Shown: piece by piece, positions 11,533 through 19,900 of the stretch
Position numbering within the stretch: the stretch's first letter is position 1
Layout of the letters: every line of letters starts with the position of its first letter
Source: Candidatus Eiseniibacteriota bacterium
GTDB taxonomy: Bacteria > Eisenbacteria > RBG-16-71-46
NCBI GenBank assembly: GCA_963717935.1
Contig: CAVQXP010000003.1
Coordinates: 56,819-120,818, forward strand
Length of the DNA stretch: 64,000 bases
Direction of reading: 5' to 3'
The notes under the pieces: model-generated
Told to the model about the DNA's origin: nothing
Database searches by the model: none
Seen by the model: only the letters and a program-made list of their open reading frames with translations
Made by a program: the position numbers and the translations under genes

Positions 11533-12484
11533 ATGAGACGCCCCGTCCTGCTCCTCGTCCTGGTGTGCCTGGCCATGGCCGCCGCTCCCGCTGCCCGTGC
11601 CCAGCGGACCTTCGACGAGGTCGTGATCACGCCCACGAAGCTGACCGATGGCCTCTGGATGATCACCGGGGCCGGCGGGAACCTGCTGGTCTGCGCGGGC
11701 CCGGACGGCGTGCTGCTGGTGGACGCCCAGTACGGGCCGCTCGCGGCGAAGATCCTCGCCGTGGTGGACTCGCTCTCCGGCGGCCGTCCACTGCGCTTCG
11801 TCCTCAACACCCACTACCACGGCGACCATGTCGGCGGCGACTCGGCCATGGCCGCGGCGGGCGCGACCATCGTGGCGCACGCGAACGCGCGGCGGCGGAT
11901 GAGCGCGGACCGGTTCAACAAGACCCTGGGGGCCACCACGAAGGCGGTGCCGGCCGCGGGGCTGCCCGTGCTGACCTTCGGCGACTCGCTGACCTTCCAC
12001 CTGAATGGCCTGGAGATCCGCGTCCTGCACCTGCCGCCCGGCCACACCGACGGGGACGCGGTGGTCTGGATCCCGGGCGCGAACGTGCTGCACACGGGCG
12101 ACCTGTTCTTCAACGGCACCTACCCGGTGATCGACGCCTCGGCCGGTGGCTCCATCGAGGGGATGCTCCGCGTCCTCGACCCACTGCTGCCCATCGTGAC
12201 GTTCACGACGAAGGTCGTTCCCGGGCATGGTCCGCTCGCCGACCGCGCCGCGCTGCTGCGCTTCCGGGGCATGCTCCTGGCGGTGCGCGACCGCGTGACG
12301 GCGCTCGTGAAGGACGGCCGCACCCTCGGGCAGGTGATGGCGGCGAAGCCCCTCGCCGACCTGGACCGGGATCTGGGGCACCGGCTTCATGACGCCCGAA
12401 GCCTTCCTGCAGATCGCCTACCAGGACCTCTCTCGGGAGCCGCCGCCCCCGCTGCCCGACCTCCTCCACGACCACCACCACTGA
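11533..12484 (+). CDS. Secreted MBL-fold metallo-hydrolase (cyclase-like); apparent +1 frameshift near 12369
   Basis: Signal peptide, NTHYHGDHVGG, GHTDGD, HTGDLFF, PGHG; removing one G gives IWGTGFMTPEAFLQIAYQDLS...HDHHH* ending at 12484. Confidence 0.85.
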
Positions 12485-12493
12485 GCGTCGCGC

Positions 12494-12865
12494 ATGCGCG
12501 CGTTCCTGCTGCTCCTGCCCGCCGGCGTGAGCGCGCTCCTCCTGGGCGCGCACTTCCTGCGCCGGGACGATCCCGGCCTGGTGGTCATCAGCCTGGTGCT
12601 CTTCGGGCTGCTCTTCGTGCGCCGGCTGTGGGCCGCGCGCCTCGTGCAGCTCGGACTGCTCGCGGGCGCGCTCGAGTGGCTGCGCACGCTGGCGGCACTG
12701 CTCCCCGCACGACGTGCCGCGGGCGAGCCCTGGATGCGCCTGGCCGCGATCCTCGGCGGGGTGGCGCTGCTGGCGCTGCTGGGCGCGGCGCTCCTCGAGA
12801 CCCGCAGGCTCAGGGAGCGCTACCGCGGCCCCCGGCCCGCCGGGCGGGTCGGAGGAGCCCGCTGA
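12494..12865 (+). CDS. Small membrane protein
   Basis: 123 aa, four hydrophobic segments, directly after the MBL gene. Confidence 0.65.
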   Translation: MRAFLLLLPAGVSALLLGAHFLRRDDPGLVVISLVLFGLLFVRRLWAARLVQLGLLAGALEWLRTLAALLPARRAAGEPWMRLAAILGGVALLALLGAALLETRRLRERYRGPRPAGRVGGAR

Positions 12866-12904
12866 GCCGGTAGCCGCTTCCACCCGCCCGGGGCGGCTGG
12901 AACC

Positions 12905-13192
12905 TCAGGCGTCGAGGCGGACGGAGCAGCGACCGAAGCGGCCGAAGGCGAAGCTCAGCCGGGCGGGATGCGCGCGAGCCGCCAGCACGTCCCGATGGAC
13001 GTAGAGGGCGATCCCGCCGGCGTCCAGGCACTCATGCCCGGCGGGGTCTTCCGGGATCTCGAGCGACCCGACCGGGCCGCGCTCGACCGTTCATCAGCCG
13101 TGCATGATCGCCTGGAGCGAGACATACAGTGCCCCGCCCCGGGCGGCGATGTACTCCCGGAGTTCCTCGGACTCGAAGCGGGCGTGTCGCAT
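12905..13192 (-). CDS. Candidate small selenoprotein with two adjacent selenocysteines (CC/Se-motif, HesB-like family)
   Basis: MRHARFESEELREYIAARGGALYVSLQAIMHG-TGA-TGA-TVERGPVGSLEIPEDPAGHECLDAGGIALYVHRDVL...RLSFAFGRFGRCSVRLDA*; 55 of the 61 codons after the TGAs end in G/C; SECIS-like hairpin follows. Confidence 0.75.
13060..13085 (-). promoter_or_regulatory. Putative bacterial SECIS hairpin
   Basis: mRNA CGAGCGCGGCCC-GGUC-GGGUCGCUCG; G-led apical loop 17 and 20 nt after the two UGAs. Confidence 0.65.
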
Positions 13193-13263
13193 GGCGGTCA
13201 GCATACCGGAAACCGCGGGGTGGGGCGATTCCCATCCGGGTCGTGCGCTCCTTCGTCTCCGGT

Positions 13264-14163
13264 CTAGGCCCGGCCCTGACGACATGGCTGCGCGCGCCTC
13301 ACGCTTTCCCACTGGATGGTGGGATGCACGATGCCGAAGCGCTCAGAAAGGTCGTGAGCGATGCGCGAGGTGAGATCGTCGTCGAAGGTCGCGCGGTCCG
13401 TGACGAGGTGTGCCGTGAGCGCGGTCTCGGTGGTGCTCATGGCCCAGATGTGGAAGTCGTGCACGTCGACGACGCCCGGCACGGCCTCGAGATAGCCCCG
13501 GACCGCCACCGGGTCGATCCGGCCGGGTACGGCGTCCATGGCCAGATCGAGCGACTCCCGCAGGATCCTCCAGGCACCGACCACGATGAGCGCGCTCACC
13601 AGCAGGCTGACGACAGGGTCGAGCCACGGCCAGCGGGTGAAGACCATGGCCACGCCGGCGAGGACGACTCCGAGGGAGACGGCTGCATCCGCCACGAGAT
13701 GCGAGGCGGCGGCGCGCACGTTCAGATCGTCGCGACGGCCACGTCCCAGGAGCCAGGCGCTCAGACCGTTCACGAGGATGCCGAGCGAGGCCACGGCGAT
13801 GACCGTGGGCGCGGCGACCGGCCCCGGATGACGAAGCCGCTGCACCGCTTCGAGCGCGACGGCGCCCACCGCGATCAGCAGCACGACGGCGTTGGCCAGC
13901 GCCGCGAGGATGGTGGAGCGCCGCAGACCATAGGTGCGCCGGGTGCTGGGCGCGCGTCGGGCCAGGAGGATCGCGCCCCAGGCGAGCAGCAGGCCGAGCA
14001 CGTCGCCGAGGTTGTGACCGGCGTCCGAGAGCAGTGCGAGGGAGCCGGACCGGAACCCGAACACGACCTCGAAGACGACGAAGGTGACGTTGAGCCCCAC
14101 CGCCACGAGGAAGGCGGTGCGGACCCCGTCCGCGGCGGGCGGATGTGGATGGTCATGCGTCAT
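13264..14163 (-). CDS. Cation diffusion facilitator (CzcD/ZitB-like)
   Basis: SLALLSDAGHNLGDV, NVRAAASHLVAD, DVHDFHIWAMST, HPTIQWE. Confidence 0.92.
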   Translation of the reverse strand: MTHDHPHPPAADGVRTAFLVAVGLNVTFVVFEVVFGFRSGSLALLSDAGHNLGDVLGLLLAWGAILLARRAPSTRRTYGLRRSTILAALANAVVLLIAVGAVALEAVQRLRHPGPVAAPTVIAVASLGILVNGLSAWLLGRGRRDDLNVRAAASHLVADAAVSLGVVLAGVAMVFTRWPWLDPVVSLLVSALIVVGAWRILRESLDLAMDAVPGRIDPVAVRGYLEAVPGVVDVHDFHIWAMSTTETALTAHLVTDRATFDDDLTSRIAHDLSERFGIVHPTIQWESVRRAQPCRQGRA

Positions 14164-14196
14164 GTCGTCCTCGCGGCCGGCGCGCCGCCCGCGGAT

Positions 14197-14442
14197 TCAC
14201 GCGGTCGCTCCGGACAGGATCTCCTTCAACTGTTCCACCGAGGGCACGCGTCCGGCGAACTTGAGCTCGCCATCGACGACGAGCCCGGGCGTGGACAGGA
14301 TGCGATAGCCCAGGATGACGTTGAGGTCGGTGATCTTCTCGAGCTCGCAGTCGAGCCCGAGCTCCTTCACGGCGCGCTCGGTGTTCCGGTAGAGCCGTTC
14401 GCAGTTGGCGCATCCGGGGCCCAGGACCTCGATCCGGGTCAT
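14197..14442 (-). CDS. Small thioredoxin/glutaredoxin-like protein (MTH895/TM0996 type)
   Basis: IEVLGPGCANC...STPGLVVDGELKFAGRVPS; AAGGAG RBS. Confidence 0.9.
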   Translation of the reverse strand: MTRIEVLGPGCANCERLYRNTERAVKELGLDCELEKITDLNVILGYRILSTPGLVVDGELKFAGRVPSVEQLKEILSGATA

Positions 14443-14489
14443 CTTCGTCTCCTTTCGGAAGAGCCCTCCGGACGGCGGAGGGCCCCGCG

Positions 14490-15524
14490 TCACATCAGCC
14501 AGTTGAACAGGTAGCCCACCAGGACGATCCCGACCGTGACCACCCCGAGGAACACCGCGATCAGCGCGGGTTTGAGCACCTTCCGCAGGATGATGGTCTC
14601 CGGCAGCGACAGCGCGATCACCGCCATCATGAACGCGAGCACCGTCCCCAGCGCGGCGCCCTTCTCGAGCAGGGCATGCACGACCGGGATGATCCCGGCC
14701 GCGTTCGAGTACATCGGCACGCCGATGAGCACGGCGAGCGGCACCGACCACCAGGCCCCCCGGCCCATGATGGACGCCATGAAGTTCTCGGGCACCCACC
14801 CGTGGATGCCGGCGCCCACGGCGATGCCGATCAGGACGTAGGGCCAGACCTTGCCCACGATGTCGCGCACCGCCTCGAGCCCGCGGCCCAGGCGCTCCTC
14901 CCACGTCGTCCGGTGTTCGGGCAGCCCGGCCTCGCCCGCGTCCATCTGATAGACCCAGGGCTCGACGTGGCGCTCGAGCCGCAGGCGACCGATGACCCAG
15001 CCCGCGACGATGGCCACGGTCAGGCCGGTCCCGAGGTAGAGGGCCGCCACCTTCCAGCCGAACAGCCCGAACAGCAGGGCGAGCGCGACCTCGTTCACCA
15101 TGGGGGCCGAGATCAGGAAGGAGAACGTCACGCCCAGCGGGATGCCCGCGGTCAGGAAGCCGATGAACAGCGGCACCGCCGAGCACGAGCAGAACGGCGT
15201 CACGATGCCGAGGGCGGCGGCCAGCACGTTGCCCACCGACTCGGCCTTGCCCGCGAGGATGGCGCGCGTGCGCTCGGGCGTGAAGAACGAGCGCACCACG
15301 CCGACGCCGAACACGACCAGCGTCAGGAGCAGGAGCACCTTGGGTGTCTCGTAGACGAAGAACTCGACCGCGCTGGCGAGGTGCGTGCCGGCGTCGAGCC
15401 CCAGCAGGTCGCGCGTGAACCACGCGGCCGCCTGCTGGAGCGCGCCGTAGAGCGCGACCCAGAGCAACAGGGCGCCCGCCAGGGAGAGGAGCAGGCGCGG
15501 AAGCCGCGCCGGGGGCCTGCTCAT
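14490..15524 (-). CDS. ArsP/DUF318-family permease
   Basis: VTPFCSCSAVP, SAPMVNE, GVPMYSNAAG, ALSLPE motifs. Confidence 0.88.
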   Translation of the reverse strand: MSRPPARLPRLLLSLAGALLLWVALYGALQQAAAWFTRDLLGLDAGTHLASAVEFFVYETPKVLLLLTLVVFGVGVVRSFFTPERTRAILAGKAESVGNVLAAALGIVTPFCSCSAVPLFIGFLTAGIPLGVTFSFLISAPMVNEVALALLFGLFGWKVAALYLGTGLTVAIVAGWVIGRLRLERHVEPWVYQMDAGEAGLPEHRTTWEERLGRGLEAVRDIVGKVWPYVLIGIAVGAGIHGWVPENFMASIMGRGAWWSVPLAVLIGVPMYSNAAGIIPVVHALLEKGAALGTVLAFMMAVIALSLPETIILRKVLKPALIAVFLGVVTVGIVLVGYLFNWLM

Positions 15525-15531
15525 CGGGGTC

Positions 15532-16599
15532 TCACGCCGCCGGCTCGCGGAACCAGCGCCGCCGCAACCACAGCGCCACGTTCACCAGGCCGATCAGGGC
15601 CGGCACCTCGACCAGCGGCCCGATCACCGCCGCGAAGGCGGCGCCGTGGTGGATGCCGAAGGTCGCGACCGCCACGGCGATGGCCAGCTCGAAGTTGTTC
15701 GAGGCGGCGGTGAACGAGAGCGTCGCCGACTGCGGGTAGCTCGCGCCCACCCGCTTGCTCATGAAGAACGAGACCATGAACATGACGACGAAGTAGATGA
15801 GCAGCGGGATGGCGATGCGCACCACGTCGAAGGGCAGCTGGACGATCTTCTCGCCCTTGAGCGAGAACATCACGACGATGGTGAAGAGCAGGGCGATCAG
15901 CGTGATCGGGCTGATCTTCGGGATGAACCGGCGCTGGTACCAGTCCCTTCCCTTCGCCCGCAGCAGCGCGAAGCGCGTGATGATCCCGGCCAGGAACGGA
16001 ATGCCGAGGTAGATGAAGACGCTCCGGGCGATCTCGGCCATCGTGATGTTCACGGCCACGCCCTTCAATCCGAGCCAGCCCGGCGCGAGCGTGATGAAGA
16101 CGTAGGCGTAGAGCGGGAAGAAGAGCACCTGGAAGACCGAGTTGAAGGCGACCAGGCCCGCGCAGTACTCGCTGTCGCCCCGGGCCAGGTCGTTCCAGAC
16201 GATGACCATGGCGATGCAGCGCGCCAGGCCGATCAGGATGAGCCCCACCATGTACTCGGGCTGGTCCCGCAGGAAGAGCACGGCGAGGCCGAACATGAGG
16301 ATCGGGCCGACCACCCAGTTCTGCACCAGCGAGAGCGCGAGCACCCGCCCATCGCGGAAGACGCGGCCCATCTCCTCGTAGCGGACCTTCGCCAGCGGCG
16401 GGTACATCATGAGGATGAGCCCGATGGCGATGGGGATGGACGTGGTGCCGGCGTTGAAGCGGTTCAGGAAGGGCACCAGGCCGGGGAACCGCCAGCCACC
16501 GCCGACGCCGACGGCCATGGCGAGGAAGATCCAGAGCGTCAGGTAGCGGTCGAGGAAGGAGAGCCGGCCGGTGACTCCGGCAGGGGAGGGCTCAGGCAT
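15532..16599 (-). CDS. arsB: ACR3-family arsenite efflux transporter
   Basis: [48 protein letters not shown]. Confidence 0.95.
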   Translation of the reverse strand: MPEPSPAGVTGRLSFLDRYLTLWIFLAMAVGVGGGWRFPGLVPFLNRFNAGTTSIPIAIGLILMMYPPLAKVRYEEMGRVFRDGRVLALSLVQNWVVGPILMFGLAVLFLRDQPEYMVGLILIGLARCIAMVIVWNDLARGDSEYCAGLVAFNSVFQVLFFPLYAYVFITLAPGWLGLKGVAVNITMAEIARSVFIYLGIPFLAGIITRFALLRAKGRDWYQRRFIPKISPITLIALLFTIVVMFSLKGEKIVQLPFDVVRIAIPLLIYFVVMFMVSFFMSKRVGASYPQSATLSFTAASNNFELAIAVAVATFGIHHGAAFAAVIGPLVEVPALIGLVNVALWLRRRWFREPAA

Positions 16600-17068
16600 G
16601 CGAAGGTCCGCTTCGGCGGGAGGGCGCGCGCGCGGGCGATGCGCGCCGGGCCCGGCGGGCGGGGCGGGGTGCCGCGACCTGCGCGAGACGCGACGGCGCC
16701 CGCCGGGCCGGTGGCAGGGCGCACAGCGCCTCGACCGGGACGGCCTTCACGCTGCGCAACCGGCGGCGGTCCTCGAGGATGCGGGGCTCCCGGTCGAGCG
16801 GCCCGCGCAGCAGGGCCAGCACCGCGCGGGCGTAGGGGTTGCGCTTCTCCGTGGCGAGCGCGTAGTGGCTCCAGCGGCCGTCGCGCCGGTCGGCCACCAG
16901 TCCCGCGACCCGGAGCAGCGCCAGGTGCTTCGAGACCGTGGAGGGAGCGAGCCCGAGCACGGCCTGCACCTGGCAGACGCACAGCGGGCCGGCCTCGAGC
17001 AGCTTGAGGATGCGCGTGCGGGTCGGGTCGCCGGCGGCCTTGAGCGCCGCCTCGAGCTCAAGCAGCAT
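16592..17068 (-). CDS. arsR: ArsR/SmtB family repressor
   Basis: [17 protein letters not shown] metal site, [27 protein letters not shown]. Confidence 0.9.
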   Translation of the reverse strand: MLLELEAALKAAGDPTRTRILKLLEAGPLCVCQVQAVLGLAPSTVSKHLALLRVAGLVADRRDGRWSHYALATEKRNPYARAVLALLRGPLDREPRILEDRRRLRSVKAVPVEALCALPPARRAPSRLAQVAAPRPARRARRASPARAPSRRSGPSHA

Positions 17069-17079
17069 GGCCGTCCTTC

Positions 17080-17126
17080 CATTTCGCCATGTGACGAAAT
17101 GTAGTATCATGGCGCGTGGCCGTCAA
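17080..17126 (-). promoter_or_regulatory. sigma70-type promoter overlapping a palindromic ArsR operator
   Basis: TTGACG (17126-17121)-N17-TACATT (17103-17098); inverted repeat CATTTCG-N8-CGAAATG at 17080-17101. Confidence 0.7.
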
Positions 17127-17220
17127 GCGGCTCCGGGTTCGCCGGGCCGTCCGTGCCGCCGCGGTGCCCGAGATCGAGAGGCTGCTCGAGCCCCGAACGC
17201 CGAGTCCAAGGAGGATCCCA

Positions 17221-17622
17221 GTGACAGGTCGCACCGGACGCACCGCGCTGCTGCTCGTGAGCCTGGTGCTCATCGCTGCCGTGCCCGCTCTCGCCCGCAA
17301 GGCCCCGAAGCCCGCGCCGCCCGCCGCGCTCCCGCGCCTCCTGGACCTGGGCGCGACGAAGTGCATCCCGTGCAAGCGCATGGCCCCCATCCTCGAGGCG
17401 CTCAAGGTGGATTACGCCGGCGCCGTGGACGTGCAGTTCATCGATGTCTGGCAGAACCCGCAGGCCGGCAGGCCGTACGGCATCCGGCTGATCCCCACGC
17501 AGATCTTCTTCGACCGGGCGGGCCGCGAGCGGTTCCGGCACGAGGGCTTCTACGCCCGCAAGGAGATCGAGCGGATCTTCAAGGACAGTCTCGGCGTGGC
17601 CCTGCGCCCCGCGGCGAAGTAG
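17221..17622 (+). CDS. Exported thioredoxin-family protein
   Basis: Signal peptide; DLGATKCIPCKRM; IRLIPTQIFFD; RHEGF; GTG start after AAGGAGGA. Confidence 0.88.
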   Translation: MTGRTGRTALLLVSLVLIAAVPALARKAPKPAPPAALPRLLDLGATKCIPCKRMAPILEALKVDYAGAVDVQFIDVWQNPQAGRPYGIRLIPTQIFFDRAGRERFRHEGFYARKEIERIFKDSLGVALRPAAK

Positions 17623-17638
17623 CGGGACCGGGGGACGC

Positions 17639-18337
17639 GTGGACGTCCTGGAGGGTCTGAGCGAGCAGCTCGCCTCGGTCATCGCCCACAGTCCCGCGCT
17701 GGCGCCGCTGGCCGCGTTCCTCGGCGGCGCGCTCACCGCGCTCAACCCGTGCGTGCTGGCGATGGTCCCGCTCATGGTCGGCTTCTCGGCCGGCCTGGTC
17801 GGGCGTGGCGCGACGGGGCGCCCCTGGCGGCGCACCCTGGGTTTCTCCCTGCTCTTCGTCGGGGGCTTCGCGCTCGAGCTGGCGCTGCTCTTCACCGTCT
17901 TCTCCGGCGCGACGGCGGTCCTGAGCGCGCCCTGGTGGCGCTACGTGCTGGTGGCCGTGTGCGCCGTCACCGCGCTGCACCTGCTCGGCTGGCTGCGCCT
18001 GCCGTCGATCCCCCTGCCGCCGGCCGCCGCGCGGGCCGCGGGCGCGCTGGGCGCGCTCACGCTCGGCTTCGTCTTCGGGATCGTCTCGCTGCCGTGCACG
18101 GGGCCGGTGCTGCTGCTGCTGCTGGCCCTGGTCCCGCGGATCGGCGCGGCCGCGGCGGGCGGCCTGCTGTTCGCCTACGGGCTCGGGCACTCGCTGCTGC
18201 TGCTCGTGGCCGGTACCTCGGTCGGCGCGGCCGCGGCGCTCGCCCGCCCGGGCCGTCTCCAGACCGCGACCCGCTGGGTGCGCGTGGTCGCGGCCCTCCT
18301 GATCCTCGCGGGCGGGGCCTGGTTGTTCACGCACTGA
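17639..18337 (+). CDS. CcdA/DsbD-like transmembrane disulfide reductase
   Basis: LNPCVLAMVP and SLPCTGPVL paired PC motifs; YGLGH; six TM segments. Confidence 0.85.
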   Translation: MDVLEGLSEQLASVIAHSPALAPLAAFLGGALTALNPCVLAMVPLMVGFSAGLVGRGATGRPWRRTLGFSLLFVGGFALELALLFTVFSGATAVLSAPWWRYVLVAVCAVTALHLLGWLRLPSIPLPPAAARAAGALGALTLGFVFGIVSLPCTGPVLLLLLALVPRIGAAAAGGLLFAYGLGHSLLLLVAGTSVGAAAALARPGRLQTATRWVRVVAALLILAGGAWLFTH

Positions 18338-18508
18338 GGCGCCCGCCGGCCGGACCGTCTCCTGCTCCTTCACGGACTCCGACGCCACGGCCGGCAGTCC
18401 CGGGCCGCGCAGCCTGATCTTCGTCGCTGGCGCAGCGGGGGTCTCTGCTATCATGCCGCCCGTCCCGCGCTCCGCGGCCGACGCCAGGCCGGGTCTCGAC
18501 GAGCACGG

Positions 18509-19480
18509 ATGAGCCTGGGGAGGTGCATGACCTTGAGTGCCGCACCGGATGACGGCCCGGCGGCGGGCCGGGCCCCTGCGGCGGCGCGCGCCGCGACCGT
18601 CCGGTCCCTGCAGCAGGGCCGCGGATCGGGCACCCGCAGCGCCGCGGTGTTCCGGCTCACGCGCGCCGAGGAGCGCCGCCTGCTGTCCGCGGCCCGCGGC
18701 GGGGACCGCAGGGCGCTCGACCGGCTGCTTCGGCTGCTGAGCGGGCCCGTATACCGCTTCGGCCGCGGCTTCTGCGGCGACCCGCACGATGCCGAGGACG
18801 TGGCGCAGGTCACGCTGGTCGCGCTCGCTCGCTCGCTGCGTGACTTCCGCGGCGAGTCCTCGCTCACGACCTGGGCCTACACGGTGGCGCGCAACGCCTG
18901 CACCCGGCACCGGCGCCGCGGAGCGCACACGCCCGCGCGACTCGAGTCGCTCGACGCCGGCACGCCCGCCCGCCCGGGCGCGCTCCAGGTCGCGGACCCG
19001 CGCGGGGATCCGCACCGGGCGCTCGAGCGCACGGAACTGCGCGACGCGCTGCGACGGGCCATCGCGGCGCTGCCGCCCTCGCAGCGCGAGGTGCTCGTGC
19101 TGCGCGACGTCGAGGGATTGCCCGCGAAACAGGTGGGGGAGGCCCTGCGGCTCTCGGAGCGCGCGGTCAAGTCACGGCTCCACCGCGCCCGTGTCGCCCT
19201 GCGCGACATGCTCGCGCCGCACGCGCCGCACGCGGCGGCGGCCCCGCGCTGCCCCGACACGGCGCGGCTCGTGAGCCGCTACCTCGAGGGCGAGCTCGAC
19301 CCCGACGCGTGCGCGAAGCTCGAGACCCACGTGAAGAACTGCCCGGACTGCGGCGCGACCTGCGCGACCCTGAGGGACGTGCTCGTCACCTGCCGCTCCT
19401 GGGGAGGCGAGAAGCTGCCCGAGCAGGTCCGCGCGTCGCTCAAGCAGGCCATCCGGCAGGTGGCCCGGGCGGGATCCTGA
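18509..19480 (+). CDS. ECF sigma factor fused to C-terminal zf-HC2 (zinc anti-sigma) domain
   Basis: DAEDVAQ, FRGESSLTTWAY.VARN, AVKSRLHRAR; then YLEGELD...HVKNCPDC; start uncertain. Confidence 0.85.
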   Translation: MSLGRCMTLSAAPDDGPAAGRAPAAARAATVRSLQQGRGSGTRSAAVFRLTRAEERRLLSAARGGDRRALDRLLRLLSGPVYRFGRGFCGDPHDAEDVAQVTLVALARSLRDFRGESSLTTWAYTVARNACTRHRRRGAHTPARLESLDAGTPARPGALQVADPRGDPHRALERTELRDALRRAIAALPPSQREVLVLRDVEGLPAKQVGEALRLSERAVKSRLHRARVALRDMLAPHAPHAAAAPRCPDTARLVSRYLEGELDPDACAKLETHVKNCPDCGATCATLRDVLVTCRSWGGEKLPEQVRASLKQAIRQVARAGS

Positions 19481-19521
19481 GCGCCCGCGTCACGACCGAG
19501 GTCCCGATCCGGGAGGAACGC

Positions 19522-19885
19522 ATGTCCAGTCGCTCGAAGACCGACCGCCGGCGATTCCTGAAGACCGTCGGCCTGGCCGGGGTCTCGTCGGCGCTCGTCG
19601 CGCCGGCGCTCTCCGGCGCCCAGCTGCCCACGACGGCCGCGCCACCCGCTCCGGCGGCGGCTCCCGCGCCCGCCGACCTGGCGAAGGCCGCAGGCGCCGC
19701 CCGAGGTCGGCGAGGACGCACGCGCCCTCGCCGGGATCATCGAGCGGCGCTGCGGCCGGCACCTCTCGAAGGAGCAGCTGGAATCCATCGCGCGGGACTT
19801 CGACGGCGACCTCAAGGCTCTGAAGCGCATGCGGGAGGTGAAGCTGGGCAACGGCGACGAGCCCGACTTCACCTTCCGGGCGTAG
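19522..19885 (+). CDS. Small Tat-signal protein with GatC/AtzG-like C-terminus; apparent frameshift near 19690-19700
   Basis: DRRRFLK twin-arginine motif; second frame gives LSKEQLESIARDFDGDLKALKRMREVKLGNGDEPDFTFRA*. Confidence 0.65.
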
Positions 19886-19900
19886 GCAGGAGGAACGGCC

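Noticed and set aside
13032..13312. Track ORFs 13094-13312 and 13032-13235 as two separate small genes (TGATGA stop/start overlap)
   Set aside because: The ATG inside TGATGA gives only a 20-aa low-complexity peptide, whereas the in-frame read-through keeps coding-like codons and the family pattern
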